DNA of 54,871 nt. Source: Desulfurococcales archaeon. Its GTDB lineage: Archaea; Thermoproteota; Thermoprotei_A; Sulfolobales; NBVN01. Below, in pieces: positions 29,254 through 39,387 of the stretch; position 1 is the stretch's first letter; each line of letters starts with the position of its first letter. The stretch spans positions 1 to 54,871 of the forward strand of contig JALWZB010000087.1 in assembly GCA_027002995.1 (NCBI GenBank), read 5' to 3'. The translations under genes were made by a program, and so were the position numbers. The notes below the pieces were generated by a model. That model did not search any database, had not been told where the DNA came from, and worked only from the letters and a program-made list of their open reading frames with translations.

Positions 29254-30225
29254 TTAACTACTCAGTGCTGCACGGATAGCGTCCCTCAAGGCTTCCTCAG
29301 AATTCATTGAGGGCCTCCAACCATGTGCCTTTATTTTACTTATGTCGAGAAGCATGAACTTAACATCGCCTTTCCAACCCCTGCCATCGGGTGTAGCGGG
29401 CTTATAGCGGAACTCAACATCCTTTAAGCCCATCTCCTCAATAACTAACTCAGCTATTCTCTTGACGGTAACCCAGTCTTCATTTCCAAGATTAAACACC
29501 TCGTATGGCCTCCCACTGCTCCTTAACGCCTCCAACGCCACGTTAATACCTGAAATTAAGTCCTTAACGTGAAGGTAAGATTTTCTCTGCGTCCCGTCCC
29601 CAAGGATCTCAAGAACAGTCGGGTTTGACCGGAGCTTACGTATAAAGTCAATGATTACGCCATGGCTTTGCCGAGGTCCAACGATGTTAGCAAACCGCAG
29701 TATGAGGGACCTCACCCCGTATGCGATACTGTAAGTCACTATCAGGTTCTCAGACGCTAGCTTAGCCGCCCCGTAAACGGAAATCGGCTCCTTAGGTTCA
29801 TAATCCTCGGGTGTCGGGAACTTCTTCGCATCACCGTAAACCGTGGAGGAACTGGCAAACACTAACTCCTTCACACCATTAACGCGGCATGCCTCCAAAA
29901 CATTAAACGTCACTAAGACGTTCTCGTCAAAGTGAATTCTCGGGTTAGTCATGGAGACACGCACTTCCGGGTTGGCTGCGAAGTGGTAAACAATATCCAC
30001 GTCCTTAAATTCCTGAACCCACCTGCCGTTAGGGACCTTAAGGTCGTCGAGAACAAGCTTTACTCTTCCGCTCCTCATCGCTTCCCTCAGAAAGTCCCTC
30101 CGTCCAGAGCTGAGATTATCAATCACCACTACGTCGTAACCCTCATCAATTAGGGAATCAACCATATGTGAACCTATAAATCCCGCACCACCCGTCACCA
30201 CAGCCTTAACCAAGGATTTAATCAC
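29254..30225 (-). CDS. NAD-dependent sugar epimerase/dehydratase (GalE-like)
   Basis: TGGAGFIGS, SSSTVYG, YGAAK. Confidence 0.92.
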   Translation of the reverse strand: MIKSLVKAVVTGGAGFIGSHMVDSLIDEGYDVVVIDNLSSGRRDFLREAMRSGRVKLVLDDLKVPNGRWVQEFKDVDIVYHFAANPEVRVSMTNPRIHFDENVLVTFNVLEACRVNGVKELVFASSSTVYGDAKKFPTPEDYEPKEPISVYGAAKLASENLIVTYSIAYGVRSLILRFANIVGPRQSHGVIIDFIRKLRSNPTVLEILGDGTQRKSYLHVKDLISGINVALEALRSSGRPYEVFNLGNEDWVTVKRIAELVIEEMGLKDVEFRYKPATPDGRGWKGDVKFMLLDISKIKAHGWRPSMNSEEALRDAIRAALSS

Positions 30226-31244
30226 CTCTTACGAGGCTTACGCTGCTGCTCAACCGCCCTCAGCTGGGTGACTATGGCGTTAGCAATGACGTCAACCACG
30301 TCAAGCACATTATCAAGAGTGCTTTCCTGCGGGTTCCGGAACTTAATTATTATGTGGTTTCCCCTTAAGATTATACTGAGTTTCTCACTCATTTCCTTAG
30401 GTATTGCCGATATGACCTTCACGAAGCTGACGTCCCTCCTGTAGAGGCAGACCCTTACCGTGTGGCCTAACTCAGTCTCTTGCACGAGTATAGCCACACC
30501 ATCCTTCTTACAGACCTTCATTAGGATGTCGTAAGTTACGGGTTTCAGTAGCGGGTAGTTCCTCTTGATTAAATCCCTGTTGAACTTGCTTGAAATCACA
30601 ATTACCTTGAGCTTATCATACTGGATGTATTCCCTGCTCTCAAGGATTTTCTCCGCTAGTTCCATAGCCTTATCGTACTTCTCATTCTCCTTCAGTAACT
30701 CCTCCGAGGGCTTCAGAGTCTTCGTCCTCAGTACTTCCATCATGAACGTGTACATTAGTTGCCGAAATTCCTTGGAGCTGTAGTTAACCTTGAGGGCCCT
30801 AAGCATTACCCTGCCGAGCTTTGATACCCTATCGTATTCACCAGCATTAATTGCCTCGATGTCACGGAGAACCTGCTCGGGTATGTCTACGCGCTCGTTT
30901 AGGGTTTCCACGTACTCCAACATCGTGGCCGATAGTGATCCGACATTAGAGAACCTCATTATTAGGTCACTCTTCCCTGTTGAGTCATACTTCAGCACCA
31001 CCCCTAGCCTCTTCTCTGGGATGTACTGTATTGATACGGAGTCTTGCAACATGGCACCATCCTTGTGACTAATACCCACGGCGTATGACTTAGTTATTGC
31101 CAAGCCCTTACGTTCGCTTGGGGATGGGAACTCCACGTATATCCTATACCCCTTACGTAGGAGGGCTGTCGCGAGTATTGCGGAGGCCGTGACCTCGTCC
31201 CAACCCCATCCCGAATATATTGTGGTGCTTCTAGGCATTGCCAC
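30222..31244 (-). CDS. Hypothetical protein, possibly a degenerate DHH-like fold
   Basis: 340 aa ORF with AGGTGA SD; N-terminal WDEVTASAIL resembles DHH motif I. Confidence 0.65.
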   Translation of the reverse strand: MAMPRSTTIYSGWGWDEVTASAILATALLRKGYRIYVEFPSPSERKGLAITKSYAVGISHKDGAMLQDSVSIQYIPEKRLGVVLKYDSTGKSDLIMRFSNVGSLSATMLEYVETLNERVDIPEQVLRDIEAINAGEYDRVSKLGRVMLRALKVNYSSKEFRQLMYTFMMEVLRTKTLKPSEELLKENEKYDKAMELAEKILESREYIQYDKLKVIVISSKFNRDLIKRNYPLLKPVTYDILMKVCKKDGVAILVQETELGHTVRVCLYRRDVSFVKVISAIPKEMSEKLSIILRGNHIIIKFRNPQESTLDNVLDVVDVIANAIVTQLRAVEQQRKPRKR

Positions 31245-31500
31245 TCACCTTCAGACAAGGACTTCAAGCCCGTATCCCAGCACTGTAAAGCCTTCCACGC
31301 GCATCACGTGATCCTCACACTCGATTACGTAGTGGTTACTCTGCTTCTAACACCTTAAAACTAAAATAAAATCTTTTGTTCCCGTAGAAGCCAGAAGAGT
31401 GCAGAGGATTATCTCGTGGTGACGACGTTGAAATTACGTAAGAAGGTTTTCTCAGAAAGCACTTTTAGGAGGGCTTTGAGAATTAAGCGGGTGCCTAAAA

Positions 31501-33585
31501 GTGATCCCGATAACGGCACTAGCAATAGTAGCCGGTGTCGTCGCGATAATATATGCTTTCACCCTCGCATTCCTTATTCTGAGGAAGCCAGCTGGCTCGG
31601 GAAGAATGGTTGAGATCCATAACTTCATCAAGGAAGGTGCGAAGGCCTACTTGAAGAAGCAGTACACGGTCATCCTAACAATTGCATTCATAATCACTGC
31701 CGTACTAGCGTTCATCAACCCACTAATGTCCTTAAGCTACATCCTAGGAGCGTTCTCGTCGGTAATAGCAGGATACGTAGGAATGTGGGTCGCGGTAAAC
31801 TCCAACGTCAGAACAACCTACGCTGCGAAGGAGCACGGCCTAAGTAAGGCGCTCAGGGTGGCATTCAGCGGAGGTATGGTGCTGGGCCTAATGGATGTCG
31901 GTGTAGGTGTCCTCCTAGTAGCCCTCCAGTACATATTCTACGGCGGGACACCCGCAGCGGTGAGGGCCATGATAGGCTACAGCTTCGGAGCCTCCACAGT
32001 AGCCCTATTCGCTAGGGTAGGCGGCGGAATCTACACTAAAGCAGCAGACATAGGTGCTGACCTAGTAGGTAAGGTGGAGGAAGGAATACCTGAGGACGAC
32101 CCAAGAAATCCCGGAGTAATTGCTGACAACGTCGGCGATAACGTCGGCGACGTTGCCGGTATGGGAGCCGACCTATTCGAGTCATACGTCGAGTCCATAA
32201 TCTCAGCAATGATCATAGCCGCCACGGCAATCCTGGCGACCGCTGGCTCAAGGTGGGTTGACTGGGCCTTACTTCCCATGGCGGTCGCGGCAGCAGGAGT
32301 ATTCTCCGCAATAATAACTTCATTCTTCGTGCGCGTCAAAGAGGGAGGCGATCCATCCAAACCGCTGACGTTCTCAACAATACTTGCTGGAGTACTGATC
32401 GCAGTGTTCACGTACCCGCTAGCCACGATGACTCTGGGGGCTAACGCGGGATTAAGGGCTTTCATAGTTGTCGTGGCCGGCATAATCGCCGGGATCATAG
32501 TTGGCCTCACGAGCGATTACTTCACGAACCCCGGCAAGAAGCCCGTGAGGAAGGTAGCGTTCATGTCTCAGACAGGCCCAGCACTAACAATACTCACCGG
32601 TATGGCCTACGGTTTCCTAAGCGTATTAATCCCCGCAATAGGCATAGCGGTTGCTGAGCTAATCGCCTACCTAGTGCTCTCACCCTATGGCTTCTGGTAT
32701 GGAATATACGGAGTAGCACTAGCGGCGGTCGGCATGCTCTCCCTAACGGGGATAGTAGTCAGCGCGGACGCCTACGGACCAATAACGGATAACGCAGCCG
32801 GAATAGCCGAGCAGGCAGGGCTAGGCGAGGACGTCAGAGCAATAACCGATAGGCTAGATGCTGCGGGCAACACCATGAAGTCCGTATCCAAAGGTTTCGC
32901 CATAGGGTCAGCCGCCTTAACAGCCCTAGCACTCATAGCAGCATACTCCAGCACAATAATGAACATAACAGGATACAGCCTAGAGAAGATGAAGGAATTA
33001 ATGAGCATTCTCGACGCTAAAGTAATCAGCGGTGCCCTAATAGGCATGGCACTACCGGCAGCATTCACAACGCTAGTCATACTGGCCGTCAGCGACGCGG
33101 CTTTCGTCCTGATTGAGGAGATCAGAAGGCAATTCAGAGAGAAGCCAGGAATACTAGAGTTCAAGGAGAAGCCAGACTATGGCAGGGCAGTATCCATAGT
33201 AACTACCTACGCCATTAAGAGGTTAGTCCAGCCAGGTGTGTTAGCGATAGCGTCACCACTAATCATAGGGTTCATACTAGGGCCCTACAGCCTGGGCGGC
33301 GCTCTGTTAGCCGCGACACTCTCAGGACTCCTGCTAGGCCTCTTCCAGGGTAACGTAGGGAACACTTGGGATAACGCCAAGAAATACGTTGAGGAAGGTC
33401 ACTACGGAGGTAAGGGAAGTGAAACCCACAAAGCAGCGGTAATAGGCGACACTGTTGGTGACCCATTAAAAGACGCTTCAGGACCTTCGCTGAATATCCT
33501 GATAAAGCTTATGAGCGTAGTGTCCTTAGTGTTCGCACAACTAATAATGACACACAACCTGCTGTCCTTCCTAGGCATTCACTGA
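31501..33585 (+). CDS. hppA: Membrane-bound H+-translocating pyrophosphatase, K+-independent type
   Basis: [50 protein letters not shown] has Lys at the established K+-dependence determinant. Confidence 0.96.
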   Translation: MIPITALAIVAGVVAIIYAFTLAFLILRKPAGSGRMVEIHNFIKEGAKAYLKKQYTVILTIAFIITAVLAFINPLMSLSYILGAFSSVIAGYVGMWVAVNSNVRTTYAAKEHGLSKALRVAFSGGMVLGLMDVGVGVLLVALQYIFYGGTPAAVRAMIGYSFGASTVALFARVGGGIYTKAADIGADLVGKVEEGIPEDDPRNPGVIADNVGDNVGDVAGMGADLFESYVESIISAMIIAATAILATAGSRWVDWALLPMAVAAAGVFSAIITSFFVRVKEGGDPSKPLTFSTILAGVLIAVFTYPLATMTLGANAGLRAFIVVVAGIIAGIIVGLTSDYFTNPGKKPVRKVAFMSQTGPALTILTGMAYGFLSVLIPAIGIAVAELIAYLVLSPYGFWYGIYGVALAAVGMLSLTGIVVSADAYGPITDNAAGIAEQAGLGEDVRAITDRLDAAGNTMKSVSKGFAIGSAALTALALIAAYSSTIMNITGYSLEKMKELMSILDAKVISGALIGMALPAAFTTLVILAVSDAAFVLIEEIRRQFREKPGILEFKEKPDYGRAVSIVTTYAIKRLVQPGVLAIASPLIIGFILGPYSLGGALLAATLSGLLLGLFQGNVGNTWDNAKKYVEEGHYGGKGSETHKAAVIGDTVGDPLKDASGPSLNILIKLMSVVSLVFAQLIMTHNLLSFLGIH

Positions 33586-33738
33586 CGAACTAAACAATAT
33601 GCGAGCTTTGTTTCCTCTACTAACTTAAAACTAGGACAGCTTTCAGTGGTGGCTCTCATCACATAGTCTCAAGAACCTTTAGTATCCTGATCTTCGCGTA
33701 ATATTAAAGTGAGTAAAGTGCGGAACCTCGGTTTTCTC

Positions 33739-33799
33739 GCGGCCTCCACATCATCGGAGCCTCAGGTGTCCCAGCCTTAACCCCATCGGTTAGGCCGCC
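33739..33799 (-). ncRNA. Candidate structured small RNA with K-loop-like motif
   Basis: Terminal stem GCGGCCT/AGGCCGC, inner TAACC/GGTTA hairpin, CTGA...CGATGA motif; CTTAATA begins 30 nt upstream of the first G. Confidence 0.4.
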
Positions 33800-33832
33800 A
33801 TTAAAATCCATTGTGAGGGACGTATTAAGGGT

Positions 33833-34372
33833 TTAATAGTCAATACCCTCCAGCGAAACAACTCCCCTCCTGAAGTAATGCTTAACTTCACGAACCTCAC
33901 TCACGAGGTCGGCGGCATCCCTTATGGTGCTTGGGACGTAGCGCCCCGTCACGATAGCGTGCTTCTCTCGGTTACCTATAAATGTTTGGAGAGTTTCAAG
34001 CACACTCCACTCATCCACGAGGCCTAGATGTGCGGCTATGCCTAACTCGTCAAGCACCACCAGCTTGGGCTGGAACTCCTCAAGTAGCTTCGGCAGGATA
34101 TGGCGGATGAATCCATATATCAACGCGGTGTTCACTAACGCAGTATCGCTTGTTAAGTCCCCAGGCCTAACGAATTCTTTCGTCCCGAGCAGGAACCACT
34201 TTAGCAAATCCTTGTAGCCACCTGACCGATAGAACATTGTTTCCCCGCTGGGCGTAGCCTTCATGAATTGAGCCACGACTACTCGGTAGCCTCTCCCTAA
34301 GGCCCTAGCAACAACCCCCATAGCGGCCGTGGTCTTACCCTTGCCGGTACCGAAGTACACGAGCAACATCAC
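33833..34372 (-). CDS. cobO: Cob(I)alamin adenosyltransferase
   Basis: YFGTGKGKTTAAMG, QFMK, LDE, TGR, ADLVSE..EVKHYF. Confidence 0.93.
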   Translation of the reverse strand: MMLLVYFGTGKGKTTAAMGVVARALGRGYRVVVAQFMKATPSGETMFYRSGGYKDLLKWFLLGTKEFVRPGDLTSDTALVNTALIYGFIRHILPKLLEEFQPKLVVLDELGIAAHLGLVDEWSVLETLQTFIGNREKHAIVTGRYVPSTIRDAADLVSEVREVKHYFRRGVVSLEGIDY

Positions 34373-36087
34373 TAATCACCTAGGCTTAACGCGTTAATGC
34401 TGAGTAGCCCCGTTATGATTAGGTTAAACGCGCTTATACTGACTCGAGTGCCCAGCTCTGCCTGAAGTGCCTTCCTTAAACCCTCTCCAGTGAGTCCCTT
34501 CCGGACAAGCATGACGGTCAATGTAAGAGCCGCTCTAAACCAAGGCATGGAGGCATAACTATCCCTTAACATGGTGGCTTCCTCGGGAGGCAACGAACGC
34601 CTGACCCGCCTTAAATTAGGCACGCCGTGCCCGACCGCCATAAGCGGAGGACCCTCGCTCCTGAAGGCGCTTAGCCCATCCCTGTACAGGGACGAACGCA
34701 GCTCGCTGAGTAGGTCATCGTCAATTACATTAAGGACGTCCATACCAGCCACTAAATTCCGGTACGCATTAAGTACCCTCTCAGCATTGCTGGTACTCAG
34801 CACGTTAAGTGCTGCCGCAAGAGAGAAGTACGCGGTCCTCAGAGCTAAGTCCTGATCGAGCTTATCAAAGGTATCTAAGCTGGTGTGGTAGTACCTGTCC
34901 GGCCAGCTTATTAGGGCGACGGCCGGCACACCATAAGCAACGTATGACTCATGATCACTCCCGGGCTCGAAGTTAATGACCTTACTCCGTATCCCTGTCA
35001 ACCTCTTGTGCGGCAGGAAACCCCTAGCACCAGCGAACACCTCCCTAAACACTCGGTATGTCACTGCCTCCTGAGACGACAGCATGTGGATCGGCGGCCT
35101 AACGAAAAGAAGCGTAGAGCCAGTCACGCTCTGCCTCTCACCAACCATGTCTAAGTTAATCGCGTGCATAACCCTGCGTATCTCGCCCTCCGAACTCAAG
35201 TATCTGAGGAAATGCAGGGAACCTATGTACTCAGGAACCCAAACAAGCCTAATTCGCCCAACCCTCAACACTTGGTCGGCGTTGGGTATCGAGCCAAGAG
35301 CCAAGGCTAGCTCAGCCAGTGCGGTAGCCCCACTAACGTTATCATTAATCATTCCAGCAGGGTGGCAGTAGTGAGCAACTAAGTGCACCTCAGTATCCCC
35401 AGAGCCGAATGACGCGGTGACGACGATGCCTTCGGCTTGGTCAACATAGCCTGCCTTGATGAAGCCCTTAACGACGACGCGTCCATATTGCCTCATCAAC
35501 CGCTCAAGCTCCTCAACACTCCTTAAACTCACGGAAAACGCGGGTGCCTTCATAAGCTCAACATCGCTCGGCGTTGGAAAGAGGCTGAAATACGGGACGG
35601 CGTTTCTCGGCGCGTCATCCCTATAAAACAGGACAGCCCGTGCACCCCTCTGGCAAATTTCCAGGTATTTCTCTAAGCCGCCCCACCTCGTGAGAACAAC
35701 GCCATCTAGCGCATCAGGTAAGTCGTCACCCCTAACTACGATTAACTCTCCCTCGAACTCACCGCCGGGGCTATGAGCCACCACGCTAGTGGGTACCGTT
35801 TCAAAGGAAGAGACTAGGTAGTTAACGGGTTCAATAACGGTTAACTCTGAGGACTCAACCCACCATCCCGTAAGCGGCTCGAACCAGTTCGGTGGATCAC
35901 TATAGCTAAACCTAAACAACTTAATCTCAGCACCCGCGTCGGAGGCAACATCCCTCAAGTAGCGGGCAGCCTCATTAATTTCTTTCGAACCCTGGATCCT
36001 ATGGAATGAGGATAGCTCAGCCGCAACGCGTGTGAACCTAACCCAAGATAGGCGCCGCCTTAAGTCCTGAAGTAAGTTGCTTAACAT
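34372..36087 (-). CDS. DUF4910/M28-family aminopeptidase-like protein
   Basis: FHRIQGS, AHYCHP, NDNVSG, VPEYIGS, NLDMVG, GSDH, YYHTSLD. Confidence 0.85.
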   Translation of the reverse strand: MLSNLLQDLRRRLSWVRFTRVAAELSSFHRIQGSKEINEAARYLRDVASDAGAEIKLFRFSYSDPPNWFEPLTGWWVESSELTVIEPVNYLVSSFETVPTSVVAHSPGGEFEGELIVVRGDDLPDALDGVVLTRWGGLEKYLEICQRGARAVLFYRDDAPRNAVPYFSLFPTPSDVELMKAPAFSVSLRSVEELERLMRQYGRVVVKGFIKAGYVDQAEGIVVTASFGSGDTEVHLVAHYCHPAGMINDNVSGATALAELALALGSIPNADQVLRVGRIRLVWVPEYIGSLHFLRYLSSEGEIRRVMHAINLDMVGERQSVTGSTLLFVRPPIHMLSSQEAVTYRVFREVFAGARGFLPHKRLTGIRSKVINFEPGSDHESYVAYGVPAVALISWPDRYYHTSLDTFDKLDQDLALRTAYFSLAAALNVLSTSNAERVLNAYRNLVAGMDVLNVIDDDLLSELRSSLYRDGLSAFRSEGPPLMAVGHGVPNLRRVRRSLPPEEATMLRDSYASMPWFRAALTLTVMLVRKGLTGEGLRKALQAELGTRVSISAFNLIITGLLSINALSLGD

Positions 36088-36169
36088 GGCGTCAGCACCG
36101 TACCGTAGCTACAATACCTTCGTTAATGGAAGGTAAAAATTGTTTCTAGGGTTAAGGCATGATATTAAG

Positions 36170-36388
36170 TCATTCTAGCCCGACACGTTTAGCGAAGTCA
36201 AATACCGTTAACGACACGACCTTACCGTTCTTGATCCGCACAGCTATGTCGTTCTCTGTTAAGAAAGATTCATCAGCGTCCTCTATGTCGTACCCGAAGT
36301 TTATGTAGAGGATGTCATTCTGCTTGTCGTACTCGAACCAAATGTTGTTTAGGTCCCCTATCCTTAACTCCTTAAGTTCTTCCCCCAT
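36170..36388 (-). CDS. DUF2283-like small protein
   Basis: WFEYDKQNDILYINF pattern; ATG 36388 preferred. Confidence 0.7.
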   Translation of the reverse strand: MGEELKELRIGDLNNIWFEYDKQNDILYINFGYDIEDADESFLTENDIAVRIKNGKVVSLTVFDFAKRVGLE

Positions 36389-36610
36389 GCTTAACCCCTT
36401 ATTCTCCGTACGTGCATTAAGTTTTAAATTCCTACCATTGAACACCCTATGGTGTGGCGTGGGTGGTGGTGAAATCAAAGTTACTGAAATGCGAGGAAAT
36501 ATGTTCAGATTTCTGCTCATCTAAGTCCGGAGACGAATATTCAGCATGCATAACGGAATGCTTTAAGCAATGCATAGCATCTGATAAGAGTTAACATGGG
36601 AAAAAGCAGG

Positions 36611-37870
36611 TCATGTTCCAAGGTTCCAGCTTGATAAGTACCTTTTCTGCTCCTCCGTCAGCATATCTATCTCGATACTCATTGACTTAAGCTTCAACCT
36701 TGCTATGTCTTCATCTATCCTCCTTGGGAGTGTGTACACGCGGCGCTGAAGGCTATCCTTATTCTCTGCTATGTACTTGACAGCGTATGCTTGGTTAGAG
36801 AAGCTCATATCCATGACCTCGCTTGGGTGACCCTCAGCAGCAACTAAGTTGACTAGGCGCCCCTCAGCCAGTAGGTATAGGCGCCTTCCGTCCCTTAGCG
36901 TGTACTCAGTAACGTACTTCCTTATGATCCTCTTTCTTACTGCGATCTCCTCCAGATCCTTTACGCTGACCTCAACATTGAAGTGTCCGGCATTAGCTAG
37001 TATAGCTCCGTCCTTCATCTTAAGCATGTGTTCCTTGACGATAACGTCCTTATCGCCCGTTGCAGTAACGAAGATGTCCCCGAGTTCGGCAGCTTTACTC
37101 ATCGGCATGACCTCGAAGCCATCCATGACTGCCTCTAACGCACGTATCGGGTCAACCTCAGTAACGACGACGCGCGCCCCCATACCGCGAGCCCTTAGGG
37201 CTATGCCTCTACCAACCCACCCGTAACCGGCGACGACAAATACTTTACCAGCGATCAGTATGTTTGTTGCCCTTAAGATTCCGTCGATCGTGGACTGTCC
37301 CGTCCCGTAGCGATTATCGAATAGGTACTTCGTTAGAGAGTCGTTAACGGCTATGACGGGGTACTGTAGCTTTCCTTCCCTCTCCAGCGCCCTTAACCTT
37401 ATTACACCCGTAGTCGTTTCCTCAGTCCCTCCCCACACTTTCCTCCCTATCTCAGTACCCTCCGAGTGTAGGTACGCGTGAAGGTCGGCGCCGTCATCCA
37501 GAATGATGTGGGGACCCACGCTAGCAACCTGCTTAATGCACCAGTAATACTCCTCGGGCTTCTGCCCTCTCCACGCGTACACGTGTATGCCATCCTCAGC
37601 TAAGGCAGCGGCAACGTCATCCTGCGTTGAAAGCGGGTTACTGCCAGCAAGCCATACCTCCGCACCGCCAGCCTTGAGGGTCCTCACGAGTGCCGCGGTC
37701 TCCTTAGTGACGTGGAGCACGGCAGACACCCTTAACCCCTTTAGAGGCTTACTCCTGCTGAATTCCTCACGAATACTCATTAGGACCGGCATATGATGCT
37801 CAGCCCATTCTATTTGAACCCAGCCATCCTTAGCTAGGTCAGGGTATGCGATCCTGTATCCTCCTGACAT
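36611..37870 (-). CDS. ahcY: S-adenosylhomocysteine hydrolase
   Basis: [42 protein letters not shown]. Confidence 0.97.
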   Translation of the reverse strand: MSGGYRIAYPDLAKDGWVQIEWAEHHMPVLMSIREEFSRSKPLKGLRVSAVLHVTKETAALVRTLKAGGAEVWLAGSNPLSTQDDVAAALAEDGIHVYAWRGQKPEEYYWCIKQVASVGPHIILDDGADLHAYLHSEGTEIGRKVWGGTEETTTGVIRLRALEREGKLQYPVIAVNDSLTKYLFDNRYGTGQSTIDGILRATNILIAGKVFVVAGYGWVGRGIALRARGMGARVVVTEVDPIRALEAVMDGFEVMPMSKAAELGDIFVTATGDKDVIVKEHMLKMKDGAILANAGHFNVEVSVKDLEEIAVRKRIIRKYVTEYTLRDGRRLYLLAEGRLVNLVAAEGHPSEVMDMSFSNQAYAVKYIAENKDSLQRRVYTLPRRIDEDIARLKLKSMSIEIDMLTEEQKRYLSSWNLGT

Positions 37871-38061
37871 CGTGTTCGCCAGGTCTTAATGAGATTCAAC
37901 TGTTTAAAGGAATACCCCACGTTCAGGTGCGATTCTAGGAAATAACTTAGTTCATTGCACGAATGTATATCCTTAGAACAATGATTAAGTTGCCACGAAT
38001 GCATGAGGTAGATAGTTTTTAATATCACGAATCCGTAACTATAGAATGAGGGTGCATAACT

Positions 38062-38214
38062 ATGGTCAAGGGCTTCTGTGTCAAATGCAGGAAGAAAGTT
38101 GAGATTAAGAACCCCAAGGAAGTTACACTAAAGAACGGCAGGAAAGCAATAAAGGGTAAGTGCCCTATCTGTGGCACCACAGTCTACGTCTTCGTTCCCA
38201 GTAAGAAGAAGTAG
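38062..38214 (+). CDS. Small basic zinc-ribbon protein, DUF5679/Cren7-like (not in ORF track)
   Basis: MVKGFCVKCRKKVEIKNPKEVTLKNGRKAIKGKCPICGTTVYVFVPSKKK; TTTTAATA box and GAGGGTG SD upstream. Confidence 0.85.
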   Translation: MVKGFCVKCRKKVEIKNPKEVTLKNGRKAIKGKCPICGTTVYVFVPSKKK

Positions 38215-38532
38215 GCCAGGCAATTCATAAGTAATCATGTCCCACTAAACGATTGACTTTTTCACTCAAATTAATATCAATCAACACACCAAAGGACTTA
38301 TCTTAACTCCACGCATATTGAGCATTAACATCACGTTTATGCGTCCCTTAAGACGAACTAAAGTAGGGCCTATGAACGCAACTACCGACGCTGATAATCG
38401 AATAATTCCCATAATATGTGATGAGGTCCTGCGATGGTGAGGCCCTGCATCATGATTAAGGTTCTTCAATAAGTATTGGGTCTAAACGAAAGAAATTAAG
38501 TTATGGCCACAAAAAATTAGAGGCGATTAGAA

Positions 38533-39387
38533 TTGCGTGTGAGCATAATTCAGATGCGAGTAATTGACGGGGATGTGCAAACAAACATTGCACGCGGACT
38601 GAAGTTAATCAGGGAAGCCGCCGAGAACTCTGATTTCATAGTCCTTCCTGAACTTTGGACTACAGGCTACGACTTCAGTGCGATAACGAAGTACGCGGAA
38701 GGCGAGGGTAAGGGGTGGTCCAACGAGTTGCTTAGAGCCGTCGCTGAGGAGTACGGGGTGTACATAGTCTCGTCGGTACCTCTTAAGGAGAACGGTAAGC
38801 TATATGACGCAGCCTTCCTAATAGGGCCTGACGGCATCATAGGTGCTTACAAGAAGATACACCTTTTTAGACCATACGGAGAGGACAAGATGTTCACGGC
38901 TGGGGATGAGTTAGGGTACTTCAACACGTCCTTCGGTAGTGTGGGTGTAGCAATATGCTATGACTTAAGGTTCCCTGAACTCTTCAGGTTACTCGCCATG
39001 AAAGGCGCTAAGGTAATATTCGTTCCCGCGTCCTGGGGAGCGCCCCGCGCCCTGCAGTGGAAAACATTGCTCAGGGCGCGGGCCGCGGAAAACCAAGTAT
39101 TCATGGTTGGGGTCAATAAGGTAGGGGAGAGTAAAGCCACAGGTGAGCACTACTCAGGTAACTCCGCTGTTTACGACCCCTTCGGCTTCGAGCTAACACA
39201 CTCGGAGGAAAGCGAACAAGTATTAACCGTAAACGTAGATCTGAGGACAGTAGACAAGATAAGGGAGATGCTCCCAATATGGCATGATAGGAGGATTGAC
39301 CTCTATGGCGTCGGAAGCACGTGGGGAGTCCGAGACCCAGGATGGGGAAAGGGAGCCTCAGAAACCTCAAACACCGAGCCAACGTAA
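38533..39387 (+). CDS. Carbon-nitrogen hydrolase (nitrilase family)
   Basis: Triad motifs LPELW, YKKIHLF, ICYDLRFPE. Confidence 0.93.
   Translation: MRVSIIQMRVIDGDVQTNIARGLKLIREAAENSDFIVLPELWTTGYDFSAITKYAEGEGKGWSNELLRAVAEEYGVYIVSSVPLKENGKLYDAAFLIGPDGIIGAYKKIHLFRPYGEDKMFTAGDELGYFNTSFGSVGVAICYDLRFPELFRLLAMKGAKVIFVPASWGAPRALQWKTLLRARAAENQVFMVGVNKVGESKATGEHYSGNSAVYDPFGFELTHSEESEQVLTVNVDLRTVDKIREMLPIWHDRRIDLYGVGSTWGVRDPGWGKGASETSNTEPT

Noticed and set aside
31251..31310. 17-18 codon minus-strand ORF (MRVEGFTVLGYGLEVLV) ending just before the next SD
   Set aside because: Too short to support without conservation data
38416..38456. GTGATGAGGTCCTGC/GGTGAGGCCCTGC tandem resembling a C/D sRNA or fluoride riboswitch
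   Set aside because: No proper D box or C'/D' pair and no riboswitch pseudoknot partner; only two imperfect units
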